Source: an uncultured Gemmatimonadaceae bacterium
Lineage (GTDB): Bacteria; Gemmatimonadota; Gemmatimonadetes; Gemmatimonadales; Gemmatimonadaceae
DNA: 64,000 nucleotides
Direction: 5' to 3'
NCBI GenBank assembly: GCA_963843845.1
Contig: CAWJMB010000002.1
Location: 320,001 to 384,000, forward strand
Each line of letters begins with the position of its first letter. Within the stretch, counting starts at the first letter, position 1. Shown here one piece after another: positions 1 through 9,992 of the stretch. The notes below the pieces were generated by a model that worked only from the letters and a program-made list of their open reading frames with translations, was not told the DNA's origin and ran no database searches. The translations under genes were made by a program, and so were the position numbers.

Positions 1-1089
1 CTCGGGCCGCAGCAGTACGCGCCGGTGCAGTCGTACGACCCGCGCACCGCGGCGCTGACGGCCGACGCGCGTGCCGACGCCGTCGCGAAGGTCGTGAGCG
101 CGGCGCGGAAGGCGGGCCCCGATCTGTTCGTCGCCGGCTACCTCGAGGCGAACGCGACGCACATGAACGCCGTCGCGACGTCGAAAGGATTGTTCGCGTT
201 CCATCAGGGCACCGACGTCAATCTGTCGAACACGGTGCGCACGACCGACGGCACCGGCTCCGGCTGGGCGTCGGCCGGCGCGCGGCAGTGGAGCGACCTC
301 GACCCGGTCGCGTTAGGCACCCGTGCCGCGCAGAAGGCCGTCGCGTCGCAGAAGCCGAGCGCGCTCGAGCCGGGGCGCTACACGGTGATCCTCGAGCCGC
401 AGGCGGTCGGCGATCTCATCCCGCTGCTGTTGGGCGCCTTCAATGCCCGCACGGCGGAGGAAGGGCGGAGCCCGTTCTCGAAGCGCGGCGAGCAGTCGGC
501 CGCGGGTATCACGGCCACGCGCCTCGGCGAGCAGATCGCGGACGCGCGCGTGTCGCTCGTCTCCGACCCGACCGACGCGGAGCTGGCAGGGCAGCCGTTC
601 GACGGAGAGGGGCTTCCGTCGAAGCGCAAAGTCTGGATCGAGAACGGCAAGCTCGCGACGCTGGCGTACTCGCGCTATTGGGCGCAGAAGCGCGGCATGC
701 CGGAGAGCGTGGCCGGCGGCGGCGGGGGCGGCTTCGGCGGGGGGGGCGGCGGCGGCGGCGGCAACCTCAAGATGAGCGGCGGCACGAAGTCGCTCGACGA
801 GCTGATCGCCGGCACCGACCGCGGCATCCTCGTGACGCACAACTGGTACATCCGCCCGCTCGACGCGCGCACCGCGAGCTACACCGGCATCACGCGCGAC
901 GGCACCTTCCTCGTCGAGAAGGGGAAGATCGTGCGGAGCATCAAGAACTTCCGCTGGAACGAGAGTCCGCTGCTGATGCTCAATCGCATCATGGAGATCG
1001 GCCGCGCCGAGCGGATCTCGGCGGGGCAGATCATGCCGTCGCTCAAGGTCGCGGACTTCAACTTCGCGTCGATCTCGGAGGCGGTGTGA
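1..1089 (+). CDS. TldD/PmbA family protein, 5'-truncated by window edge
   Basis: Frame open from base 1. Motifs LEPGRYTVILEPQAV, PFDGEGLP, WIENG, TGITRDGTFLVEKG, KNFRWNESP. Contains a poly-Gly insert. Confidence 0.85.
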   Translation, partial: LGPQQYAPVQSYDPRTAALTADARADAVAKVVSAARKAGPDLFVAGYLEANATHMNAVATSKGLFAFHQGTDVNLSNTVRTTDGTGSGWASAGARQWSDLDPVALGTRAAQKAVASQKPSALEPGRYTVILEPQAVGDLIPLLLGAFNARTAEEGRSPFSKRGEQSAAGITATRLGEQIADARVSLVSDPTDAELAGQPFDGEGLPSKRKVWIENGKLATLAYSRYWAQKRGMPESVAGGGGGGFGGGGGGGGGNLKMSGGTKSLDELIAGTDRGILVTHNWYIRPLDARTASYTGITRDGTFLVEKGKIVRSIKNFRWNESPLLMLNRIMEIGRAERISAGQIMPSLKVADFNFASISEAV

Positions 1090-1196
1090 ACATTTACGCC
1101 GAGAGCCACTAGCGCCTTCACGCCTCGTCAGTCTCACGAACGAGCCTTTGTCGGACGCCACGCCGACAGTACGCTGCCGTCGCGCACGCGGTCGGT

Positions 1197-1223
1197 GGTG
1201 AGACGGGCCGTGCCCGTCTCACC
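1197..1223. terminator. 12-bp stem hairpin between convergent genes
   Basis: GGTGAGACGGGC-cgt-GCCCGTCTCACC. Confidence 0.5.
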
Positions 1224-1233
1224 ATGAGACATC

Positions 1234-1602
1234 TCACGTCGGTGTCTGGGCGTGCGGCCGTCTTGCCAACGTACGACTTCTCGGAGGCTCTGCGGGACAC
1301 TCGCCGGACGCGACGCGATCGGCGCTCTCCGTCAGCGACCGGAAGCCGATGCCCCGCTCCTCCAGCGCGGTGATGCGCTCGATGAGCTGCTTGAGCGAGC
1401 GGCCGAGCCGGTCCAGGCGACACACGACCAGCGTGTCGCCCGAGCGGACGTAGTCGAACGCCGCCGAGAGCCCGTCGCGGTCCGCGGTGGCGCCGCCCGC
1501 GACGTCCATGAACGTGCGCTCGCAGCCGGCCTTCTGCAGCGCGTCTTGCTGGAGGTTGAGGGACTGCTCGTGCGTGGAGACGCGTGCGTACCCGATCGGC
1601 AT
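1234..1602 (-). pseudogene. Serine recombinase (resolvase/invertase), C-terminally truncated
   Basis: IGYARVST, DTLVVCRLDRLGRS and GIGFRSLTES are present. Similarity stops after ~95 aa, with no E-helix or HTH. Confidence 0.8.
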
Positions 1603-1791
1603 CGTCGTATCCTCCGGCGGTAGGCCACGACGGCGGGATCCCGGTGCCCACCGTAGGCGCCCGTGCGGCGCCGCCGCCCACTACCGTGCGGTCCGATCGT
1701 GGCCGGGCACAAGCGCAGACCAGAGGACCATGCGGCACGCCATGGGGTTCGTCGTCTGCCGAGCGTCGCTGTCGGCGCAGCGATGCCGCGT

Positions 1792-2220
1792 CTACTCCAG
1801 CTGCGCGTAGCGGTGCTCGGCCCAGTCGCCGAACCGCTGCAGCCGATCGAGCACGCGCGCCGCGTCGTTCGGCCGCACCAGGGTCGCCATGTACGACACC
1901 TCGTCCTTGCGCTGCAGCACGTAGCGCAACGCGTTGATGGCGGCACGGTCGGCGTCGGTCGCGATACGGACCACCGACTCCAGCAGGTCCACCGCGTCGA
2001 GGTGCTCGCCGCTGGCCGACTTCACCTCGCCGGCACGCACTGCCAGTGCATCGGCGTAGGCGATCGCCGCGTGCACGCAGAGGACCGCGAGTCCGTTCCC
2101 AGAGAACTCGCCCTGGAATGAGGCCATGGTCTCCGCGTCGGCACGGAAGCCGCGCGCCTTGTGCAGGTACGTACTCGCGTGCGCGCGGTCCACGCGCTTC
2201 GTCTTGAGCTTGCGCGTCAT
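1792..2220 (-). CDS. HEPN-domain protein (toxin-like partner of MNT)
   Basis: 142 aa helical protein with YLHKARGF, HAAIAYADAL, GEHLDAV and RKDEVSY. 4-nt overlap with the upstream MNT gene. Confidence 0.65.
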   Translation of the reverse strand: MTRKLKTKRVDRAHASTYLHKARGFRADAETMASFQGEFSGNGLAVLCVHAAIAYADALAVRAGEVKSASGEHLDAVDLLESVVRIATDADRAAINALRYVLQRKDEVSYMATLVRPNDAARVLDRLQRFGDWAEHRYAQLE

Positions 2221-2927
2221 GCGCGCACCGACGCGGCTGCACCCGTGGACGTCTGCTGCGACCGGTCGGCTTCCGCCGGGAGGCTCGTGGCCGCGCGCCG
2301 CTCGGGCGGCGGGAGGCGGCGCACCCGGCGGAGCGGCCCCGAGGGCCGTCCGCTGAGGAGCAGGCCCTCAGTCGCGACCGCCGTGATCAGCGGGTCGTCG
2401 TCGCGCGCCGCGAGCTCCTCGAGCGTGAGCACCACGGGGTGGACGGCGAGCTGGAAGCGGATCTCCAGGGAACGGACGGCGTCCAAGAGGGCGGCCCGCA
2501 CCGGCTCCTCGTCGGCGGCCTCTGCGAGCACCACCAGCAGGTCCACGTCGCCGGGGGCGGCAGCACCCCGCGCCACGCTGCCGAAGAGCACCACCGCGGC
2601 CGGTGCGGGGTGCAGCGCGAGGGCACGCCGCTGGAGCGCCCGCCGGAGCCGCTCGCCGAGCTGCGCTTCCGCCCGGAACACCGGGAGTACCACGCGACGA
2701 ACCACCTCACGCCGCGTGTCGAGGGTGTAGGCGGCCGAACGCCCCACGTCGGTGCGGCTGACGACGCCCCGCGCCACGAGCCGCTCGAGCGCCTTGCGCA
2801 CGGCGGACTGCTGCAGCCCGAGGCGGCGGGCGGCGCCGTTCCCGCTCATGGGGCCCGCGACCTGGCTGAGCAGCCGCAGGACGGTGACGTTCAGGCGATC
2901 GCCGAAGACGTCTTCGAGGGGCAGCAT
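2217..2927 (-). CDS. wHTH + minimal nucleotidyltransferase (MNT) antitoxin-like protein
   Basis: N-terminal HTH (AARRLGLQQSAVRKALERLVARGVV) followed by VVLFGSVARG...GDVDLLVV. ATG at 2927. Confidence 0.8.
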   Translation of the reverse strand: MLPLEDVFGDRLNVTVLRLLSQVAGPMSGNGAARRLGLQQSAVRKALERLVARGVVSRTDVGRSAAYTLDTRREVVRRVVLPVFRAEAQLGERLRRALQRRALALHPAPAAVVLFGSVARGAAAPGDVDLLVVLAEAADEEPVRAALLDAVRSLEIRFQLAVHPVVLTLEELAARDDDPLITAVATEGLLLSGRPSGPLRRVRRLPPPERRAATSLPAEADRSQQTSTGAAASVRA

Positions 2928-3613
2928 GGGCGGGCGGTGATCAAGCGTAGGCGAGGGAACCCACCGCAAGGTATAGCCCGAAAGAGCTAGCTCAAGCACC
3001 AAAGTGCTAGGTCAGCCCTGAACCAGCTCTCGACGCTCGGCTTTCGATGTGCTCGGCCGACGGGTGGACACGCCCGACGCTGAGCCGACGGTGAGCTGGG
3101 GCGACCCACCTCTGCCACAGCGGCCAGCCCGTCTCACTCGCAGCGTTTCTGAAAGGCTCGCCAGCATGGGATGGGCCGGCCATGCGCCGCACTCCTGGTC
3201 CCATGCCCGCAGACAGTCGACGGGCGCGCAGAGCGCTGGCAAAGCGTGCCGTCGCTGCGGGGACTACAGGTAGAAGCCCGGAAATGGCGGAGCGTAAGCC
3301 CCTCAGTACGACGGCGCGCTGCCGCCCCTCTGGCCGGCGCCAGGGCCGCCACGCGTATTCGCGAGCGAGTGCGTCGGCCAGTACCCGACTCGGGTTACGT
3401 GAGGCGACCTTCTTGTCGTGGACGATGCCTGTTCACGCGTTGGGCGCCACCGAGCTCGGCCCCCTCGCGAGCGCATCGAGGAACAGCGGCATGAGCCCGT
3501 CCGCCGCGCTTTCCTGCGCTAATGTGCACGGGGTCGCGTGCCGTGCATTCCGGCGTTCGCGCCCATCGTTGTCGCCGCCGTCCGGCTGCGACCCAGCCTG
3601 CCAGACCTCGCCC

Positions 3614-4090
3614 GTGTCCGCACGTCACGCGCTCTGTCTGCTGACCCTCGCCGCGCTGCCCGGCACCCGGGCGCCCGCGCGCGGTGCGCCGTCCGCTGCG
3701 CAGGCCGCGGAGGACGTCATCTGTGCCCAGGAACACGTGTTCGGCTCGTCGTCGTCGTTGCTGGGCCTCGTCGACAACGTGCGCGTGCAGGTGGGCGCCG
3801 GCCGGCCCTACATCCACGTGCGGGACTCCTTCCAGGACATCGACCCACACCAGCTCGTCTATCCGATCCGTGGCAGCTTCCGGTCCGACGCGTGTTCCGA
3901 GCTCGTCGGACCGAATGGGTCGCCGGAACGCCGAGGCAGGAACTGCTCGGTCCGGGAGAACCCGAACGCGTCGGGCGTGTGCTTCACGACCACGTTCGGC
4001 GACTGGCGCTGTGACGTGCAGAACAATGCGGTGCCGCTGAACACCGACACCCGGAGTCCCGCGAACAACGCGGCGCCGCCCGTCCCCTGA
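3614..4090 (+). CDS. Hypothetical secreted Cys-containing protein
   Basis: Signal-like N-terminus (ARHALCLLTLAAL), GC3-biased codons, five Cys in the mature part. Start uncertain. Confidence 0.5.
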   Translation: MSARHALCLLTLAALPGTRAPARGAPSAAQAAEDVICAQEHVFGSSSSLLGLVDNVRVQVGAGRPYIHVRDSFQDIDPHQLVYPIRGSFRSDACSELVGPNGSPERRGRNCSVRENPNASGVCFTTTFGDWRCDVQNNAVPLNTDTRSPANNAAPPVP

Positions 4091-4462
4091 CATCCCACCG
4101 TGCTCTCGCCGCCCACGCGAGCCCAGCGCGCGGGCGCTGCAGCAGCCGCGTGCTGAGTTCCCAACACGTGTCGAGGACGTGCAGACGTTCGCGTCGCTCG
4201 ACGCCAGGCGCATTCGTGCTCGATCGCCGGGCGCTCCATGACGACACCGTACGGTCCGGAGCCTACCCGGGTCGATTCCGCGACATGTTCCGTACACCGC
4301 TGCCCGATGTGAGGGACGCACCGAGGGTCGATCGCAGAACGCCGTCTCGCAGTCAGCGTCTCAACCAACTCCCGTCCGGTGAGTTTCGAAACATCAGCCG
4401 ATTGACGGACTGGACTATGACGGTTCCAGGGCTCGGCACGTGCGATGTTTCGTTCCGAAGAA

Positions 4463-5020
4463 CTATTCAGCTAGCTCCCGCACCACGCGGCACGGATTGC
4501 CGGCCGCGAACACCCCCGCCGGCACGTCGCGCGTGACGACGCTGCCGGCGCCGATCACGGCGCGGTCGCCGATGCGCACGCCGGGGAGGATGAGCGCCCC
4601 GCCGCCGATCCAGACGTCGGCGCCGATGTCGACCGGCTTGCCGAACTCCTGGCGGCGCCGCAGCTCGGCGCCGAACGGGTGCATCGGGGTGTAGATCTGC
4701 ACCGCGGGGCCGATCAGCGAGTCGTCGCCGATGCGCACGCGGCAGACGTCGAGCACGACGCAGTTGTAGTTGAAGAACACCCGCTCGCCGAGCTCGATGT
4801 TGGTGCCGTAGTCGCAGTAGAACGGCGGCTGCATGCGCACGGTGTCGCCGCCGGTGCCGAACAGCTCGCGGAGCACCGCGCGGCGCACCTTCTCCTCGGT
4901 CTCGCGCGTCGCGTTCAGCGCCTGGCAGAGATCGCGCGCCCGCGCCCGCGCCGCGACGAGGTCGGGGTCGGTCGGATCGTACAGCGATCCGGCGAGCATC
5001 TTCTCACGCTCTGTCGGCAT
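4463..5020 (-). CDS. maa: Sugar (maltose) O-acetyltransferase
   Basis: EREKMLAG, PPFYCDYGTNI, hexapeptide repeats, GAGSVVTRDVP, AGNPCRV. Confidence 0.9.
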   Translation of the reverse strand: MPTEREKMLAGSLYDPTDPDLVAARARARDLCQALNATRETEEKVRRAVLRELFGTGGDTVRMQPPFYCDYGTNIELGERVFFNYNCVVLDVCRVRIGDDSLIGPAVQIYTPMHPFGAELRRRQEFGKPVDIGADVWIGGGALILPGVRIGDRAVIGAGSVVTRDVPAGVFAAGNPCRVVRELAE

Positions 5021-5097
5021 CGGCTCTCTGCTCGGCTCCTGCGTGGCGGGTCGGACTCGACAGGAAGAGAATAGCCGGCCGCGCTATACTTCTGTGT

Positions 5098-5544
5098 ATG
5101 CGTCGCTCGCTCTGGTCTCGCATCCTGACCGCCGTCGTCGGCCTCTGGCTCGTGCTCGAGCTGGGCGACCCGGGGATGCTGCACCTCGCCGCGATGAGCG
5201 TCGGGGCGCCGATGACGCACGGCATGGCGGGGATGACGCACGACATGGCCGGGATGTCGCACGACATGGCCGGGATGTCGCACGACATGGGGCCGTCGGC
5301 GAAGGGGAACCACGGCGACCACGACGCGCCGAACGGCGGCGCCCCCGAGCAGACCACCTGTCCGTGCGTCGCCGGCGGGTGCGTCACCGCCACCGCCATC
5401 GCCCTCGTCGACGCCGCACCGCGGATCACGTTCGCCGACGCGCTCGCGATGACGCCGGCGGCGGAGCGGGTGACCGTCTCGCTGCTGCCGCGCCCGGGAC
5501 CGCGCTACAGCCGCCCGTACACGACCGGACCGCCGCGCGCCTAG
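5098..5544 (+). CDS. DUF2946/CruR-like metal-sensing leader protein
   Basis: N-terminal hydrophobic segment, His/Met repeats, CPCxxxxC, C-terminal TGPP. Lies directly upstream of a TonB receptor. Confidence 0.65.
   Translation: MRRSLWSRILTAVVGLWLVLELGDPGMLHLAAMSVGAPMTHGMAGMTHDMAGMSHDMAGMSHDMGPSAKGNHGDHDAPNGGAPEQTTCPCVAGGCVTATAIALVDAAPRITFADALAMTPAAERVTVSLLPRPGPRYSRPYTTGPPRA
5218..5290 (+). repeat. 21-nt tandem repeat encoding HDMAGMS
   Basis: CACGACATGGCCGGGATGTCG-like unit, about 3.5 copies. Confidence 0.85.
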
Positions 5545-5671
5545 CGCGGCGCGTTCGCTTCGGCAGGATCGGAGCGGATCGCGCCTTCGAGCCGCGATCC
5601 CTCACGACGGTACCCCCTCGCACGGGTGGGCCGTCGTCGCATGCCACCCGATCCGTCAGGCCAGAGTCGTC

Positions 5672-8008
5672 ATGTCCGCTCTTCTCTCGACGGCGCGCCG
5701 CGCCGCCGTGCTGTCGTCCACGCTCGCCGCGACCGCGAGCGCTACCGCGACCGCTCAGTCCGCGCAGCCGCCGCGCGATACCGTTGCAACCGACAGCGCG
5801 CGCACGATCATGGGCGTGCGCGTCACCGCCGACCGCCCCGACGCGCCCCGCCCGGCGATGCAGGCGCTCACCCTCCCCGCGATCGTCACCGTCACGCGTC
5901 AGCAGGTGGAGCGGACGGTCAACGTCGTCGACGTGCAGGACGCGGTGAAGTACCTGCCGAGCGTGTTCGTCCGGAAGCGCAACAACGGCGACACGCAGGC
6001 CGTGCTGGGAACGCGCGTGTGGGGGGTCAGCTCCAGCGCGCGCACGCTCGTCTTCGCCGACGGCATGCCGCTCTCGGCGCTCGTCGCGAACAACAACACG
6101 ATCGGCGGGCCGCGCTGGGGACTCGTCTCGCCGGTCGAGATCGCGCGCGTCGACATGATGTACGGCCCGTTCTCCGCCGCCTATGCCGGGAACTCCATGG
6201 GCGCCGTCATGGAGATCACCACGCAGCTGCCGCAGGGAAGGCGTCTGGAGCTCGATCAGACGCAGGCGGTGCAGCGCTTCTCGCTCTACGGCACGACCGA
6301 CAGCTACGCCACGACGCAGACGAACGGCGCCGTCGGCGACCGGTTCGGCAGGTTCGCGTTCTGGCTCAGCGGCAGCTACGCCGACAGTCACAGTCAGCCG
6401 CTCAGCTACGTCACGAGCGCGTCGTTTCCCGCCAACACCACGGGCGGCTTCGCCGACCGGAACAAGCTCGGCGCCGCGGCGAACGTGCTCGGCGCGACCG
6501 GCCTGCTGCACACCGGCATGACGAACGGCAAGGTGAAGCTCGCGTACGACCTCACGCCGAGTCTGCGCCTCGCCTACACGGGGGGGATCTGGCGCAACGA
6601 GGCCGACGCGGGCGTCGACTCGTATCTGCACCGCACGACCGGCGGCACCGCGACGTTCGCCGGACTGGCGGGGTTCGCGAGCGGCTACTACCGCCTCGTG
6701 CAGCGCCACTCGTCGCACAGCGTGTCGCTGCGCACGAACGGCGACGTGACCGCGCGGCGCGACTGGGACGGCGAGGTGATCGCGACGCGATACCGCTTCG
6801 ACAAGGACCAGCAGCGCACCCCGTCGACGGCAGCTGCAACGGCGGACACGTTCGGCGTCGCCGGCCGCCTCGCGGTGCTCGACGGCACGGGGTGGGAGAC
6901 GGTCGATCTCAAGGGCGCGTGGCACCGCGGCGGCGTCGGCGCGCGGCACACCGTCACCGCGGGGGCGCACGTCGACCGCTACACGCTCGTGAACCCGACG
7001 TACACGACGTCGAACTGGCGCGACCCCGACGCGCGCACCGGCGTCGCGACGCAGGGCGACGGCCGCACGCGGACCGCCGCGCTCTGGGCGCAGGATTCGT
7101 GGCGCGTCGTGCCGGCCGTGACGCTCACGGTCGGCGGGCGCTGGGAGGACTGGCGCGGCTACGACGGCTACAACGTGAACGGGGCGACACGCGTCACGCA
7201 GCCGGTCGTCTCGGCGACGACGTTCTCGCCGAAGGCGATCGTCGCGTGGGACGCCGCGCCGCAGCTCACCGTGACGGGCTCGGTCGGGAAGGCCTACCGC
7301 TTCGCGACGGCGGCGGAGCTGTATCAGCTCGTGTCGACCGGGGTGACCTTCACCGCCCCCGACCCGAACCTGAAGCCCGACGACGTGCTCGCCGGCGAGC
7401 TGCGCGTCGAGCGGCGCTTTCCGTCAGGCACCGTGCAGCTCGCCGGCTTCACGCAGGACGTCCACGACGCGATCGTCGCGCAGTTCCTGCCGCTCGTGCC
7501 CGGCTCGAACACACTCTACTCGGCCGTCTCGAACGTCGACCACGTGCGGGCGACCGGGGCCGAGCTGGTGTTCGGGACGCGCGACCTCGGCCTGCGCGGG
7601 CTGGAGGTGCAGGGGAGCGCGACGTACCTGAGCGCGAAGATCCTCGCGCTGAGCGGCCGCGCGAGCGCGACGGCGCCGGCGGGGAGCGCGGTCGGCAAGT
7701 TCCTGCCGAACATCCCGCGGTGGCGCGGCACGGTGACGGCGACGTACCGCCCGGTCGATCGGCTCGCGCTGTCGACGGGGGGGCGCTACAGCGGCCGGCT
7801 CTACACGACGCTCGACAACAGCGACGTGCGCTTCAACACGTGGCAGGGGTTCGACGGCTGGTTCGTGATGGACGCGAAGGCGAGCTACCGGCTCGACCGC
7901 CACCTCGCGCTGTCGCTCGGCGCCGACAACGTCCTGAATCGGAAGTACTTCCTGTTCCACCCGTTCCCGCAGCGCACGTTCGTCGGGAACCTCAAGTACA
8001 CGCTGTGA
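5672..8008 (+). CDS. TonB-dependent receptor (BfrG-like, probably copper-related)
   Basis: Signal peptide; plug (VKYLPSVFVRKR, NNN..GPRW, VDMMYGPFSAAY); beta-barrel ending DNVLNRKYFLFHPFPQRTF..LKYTL. Confidence 0.9.
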   Translation: MSALLSTARRAAVLSSTLAATASATATAQSAQPPRDTVATDSARTIMGVRVTADRPDAPRPAMQALTLPAIVTVTRQQVERTVNVVDVQDAVKYLPSVFVRKRNNGDTQAVLGTRVWGVSSSARTLVFADGMPLSALVANNNTIGGPRWGLVSPVEIARVDMMYGPFSAAYAGNSMGAVMEITTQLPQGRRLELDQTQAVQRFSLYGTTDSYATTQTNGAVGDRFGRFAFWLSGSYADSHSQPLSYVTSASFPANTTGGFADRNKLGAAANVLGATGLLHTGMTNGKVKLAYDLTPSLRLAYTGGIWRNEADAGVDSYLHRTTGGTATFAGLAGFASGYYRLVQRHSSHSVSLRTNGDVTARRDWDGEVIATRYRFDKDQQRTPSTAAATADTFGVAGRLAVLDGTGWETVDLKGAWHRGGVGARHTVTAGAHVDRYTLVNPTYTTSNWRDPDARTGVATQGDGRTRTAALWAQDSWRVVPAVTLTVGGRWEDWRGYDGYNVNGATRVTQPVVSATTFSPKAIVAWDAAPQLTVTGSVGKAYRFATAAELYQLVSTGVTFTAPDPNLKPDDVLAGELRVERRFPSGTVQLAGFTQDVHDAIVAQFLPLVPGSNTLYSAVSNVDHVRATGAELVFGTRDLGLRGLEVQGSATYLSAKILALSGRASATAPAGSAVGKFLPNIPRWRGTVTATYRPVDRLALSTGGRYSGRLYTTLDNSDVRFNTWQGFDGWFVMDAKASYRLDRHLALSLGADNVLNRKYFLFHPFPQRTFVGNLKYTL

Positions 8009-8553
8009 TGCGACCTGCCGCTCCGCTCGCTCCGTTCGCTCCGCTCGCTCGGCTCGTCGCGCTCGCCGGCTGCGCCGCGCTGACCACCCTCGCGGCGTGC
8101 GAGGGCGGGCGCCCTCCGGCGGTCGACGGCACGCCGGCGCCCGCGTACGCCGCGCGGACGCTCGACGACGCGCCCGTGACGCTCGCCGCACAGCGCGGCG
8201 CCGTCGTCGTGCTGAACCGGTGGGCGACGTGGTGCGGGCCCTGTCGCGAGGAGATCCCGCAGCTCGAGGCGCTGCACCGCCGCGTCGCCGGACAGGGGGT
8301 GCGCGTGATCGGTGTGAGCATCGACGCGGCGGGCTCGGGACTCGACGTGCGCGACTTCATGCAGGAGCACGGGGTGACGTACACCGTGTGGCTCGACCCG
8401 AGCGACCAGTTCGCGCCGACGTTCGGCTCGGTCGGCGTGCCGGAGACGTTCGTCATCGATCGCGCGGGGATCGTTCGCTGGCGGCACGTCGGCGGTATCA
8501 CCGCGGGCGACACGACGCTCGCGGCGGCCGTGCGGCGCGCGCTCGACTCCTGA
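8008..8553 (+). CDS. TlpA/ResA-like thiol-disulfide oxidoreductase lipoprotein
   Basis: Lipobox LAAC, WATWCGPC, GVPETFVIDR. TGATG overlap with the receptor stop codon. Confidence 0.9.
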   Translation: MRPAAPLAPFAPLARLVALAGCAALTTLAACEGGRPPAVDGTPAPAYAARTLDDAPVTLAAQRGAVVVLNRWATWCGPCREEIPQLEALHRRVAGQGVRVIGVSIDAAGSGLDVRDFMQEHGVTYTVWLDPSDQFAPTFGSVGVPETFVIDRAGIVRWRHVGGITAGDTTLAAAVRRALDS

Positions 8554-8575
8554 CCCTCTCACCGGACTTCCATCG

Positions 8576-9892
8576 ATGCAGCTCATTCGTTTGCTCGGCG
8601 TCGCGGCGGTCGCGAGCCTGACGGCCGCGGGGCAGGTGCCGAACGGCGCGCCGCCGGGCGTCGTCACCCTCGCGGTCGAGGGGCGCGCGAGCGCGAACCC
8701 GTCGGTCGCCGCGGCCGGCCGCTTCGTCGCCGTCGCGTTCTCCGCCGCGACGACGAACGCCATGGACATCTTCATCGCGACGAGCCGGGACGGCGGCGCC
8801 ACGTTCTCGGCCCCGGTGCGCGTGAATGCGGTCGACGGCGAGGCGCGCGTCAGCGGCGAGGAGCCGCCGCGCGTCGCGCTCGTGCCGGCGGCGGGGGGCA
8901 CGGGGCGTACGGGGGGCACGCCCGACGTCGTCGTCGTGTGGACCGCGAAGGCCGGCGCCACGTGGCGCCTGCTCTCGGCCCGCTCGCGCGACGGCGGGCG
9001 CACGTTCGGCGCGTCCGCGCCGGTGCCGGGAAGCGACGCCGGCGGGTCGCGCGGGTGGCAGTCGGTGGCGGTCGACCCGTCGGGGCGCGTGTCGGTGCTC
9101 TGGCTCGACCACCGCGGCCTCGAGCAGGCGCCGATGCAGCACGGCGGTGCGGTGCCCGCGGCGCCGAACGTGGCTGCACCGCCGGCGCCGAAGGCCGACC
9201 CGACCGAGCGCGCCGCGCTCTCGCAGCTCTATTTCGCGACGCTCGGCGGGGCGGGGCGCGCGGTGACGCGCAGCGTCTGCTACTGCTGCAAGACCGCGCT
9301 CGTCGCTGCCGGAAACGACGTCTACGCCGCATGGCGCCACGTCTACCCGGGGAGCGTGCGCGACATCGCGTTCGCCGTGTCGCACGACCGCGGGCGTACG
9401 TTCTCGTCGCCCGCGCGCGTGAGCGAGGACCGCTGGCAGATCGACGGCTGCCCGGACAACGGCCCCTCGCTCGCCGTCGACGCCGCGCGCCGTGTGCACG
9501 CCGTGTGGCCGACGGCCGGCCCCGGCCCGGGCGCGACCGGGAACGCGCCGTCGCTCGCGCTCTACTACGCCGTCTCGCGCGACGGCCGCACGTTCTCGCC
9601 GCGCGCCGCGCTCCCGACGCGCGGCCCGGCGTCGCACGCGGCGGTGGCGATCGGCGGCGACGGCGCGCCGATCGTGATGTGGGACGAGACCGTGGCCGGC
9701 GCGCGGCGACTCGGCGCGGCGCGGGTGCGCACCGACGGCGCGGGGCGTGTCACCTTCGAGGCGGTGCCGCCGCCGGACGCGGGCGCGGGGCAGTGGTATC
9801 CGGCGCTCGCCGCGAGTGGCCGCACGACGGTGGCGGCGTGGGTGCGGCAGGCCGGCCCGACGACCGTGGTCGGCGTGGGGGCGGTGCGGTGA
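8576..9892 (+). CDS. Sialidase-like (BNR/Asp-box) beta-propeller protein with Cys motifs
   Basis: Four SxDxGxTF Asp-boxes, plus CYCCKT and DGCPDNGP. Confidence 0.8.
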   Translation: MQLIRLLGVAAVASLTAAGQVPNGAPPGVVTLAVEGRASANPSVAAAGRFVAVAFSAATTNAMDIFIATSRDGGATFSAPVRVNAVDGEARVSGEEPPRVALVPAAGGTGRTGGTPDVVVVWTAKAGATWRLLSARSRDGGRTFGASAPVPGSDAGGSRGWQSVAVDPSGRVSVLWLDHRGLEQAPMQHGGAVPAAPNVAAPPAPKADPTERAALSQLYFATLGGAGRAVTRSVCYCCKTALVAAGNDVYAAWRHVYPGSVRDIAFAVSHDRGRTFSSPARVSEDRWQIDGCPDNGPSLAVDAARRVHAVWPTAGPGPGATGNAPSLALYYAVSRDGRTFSPRAALPTRGPASHAAVAIGGDGAPIVMWDETVAGARRLGAARVRTDGAGRVTFEAVPPPDAGAGQWYPALAASGRTTVAAWVRQAGPTTVVGVGAVR

Positions 9893-9992
9893 GGGACCGC
9901 GGGAAATCGCGCGCACGTGGCGCTCTGACCTGTAGGACGGCTCGCAGGAGCCGCCGCACAGGTCAGAGCGCCACGTCTCCCGAGGACTCCGC

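Noticed and set aside
709..765. Poly-Gly tract as a special element
   Set aside because: It is an in-frame low-complexity linker with no further structure.
1..1089. TldD/PmbA as the RiPP maturation protease
   Set aside because: It lies 14 kb away with unrelated genes between, and the cluster has its own C39 peptidase.
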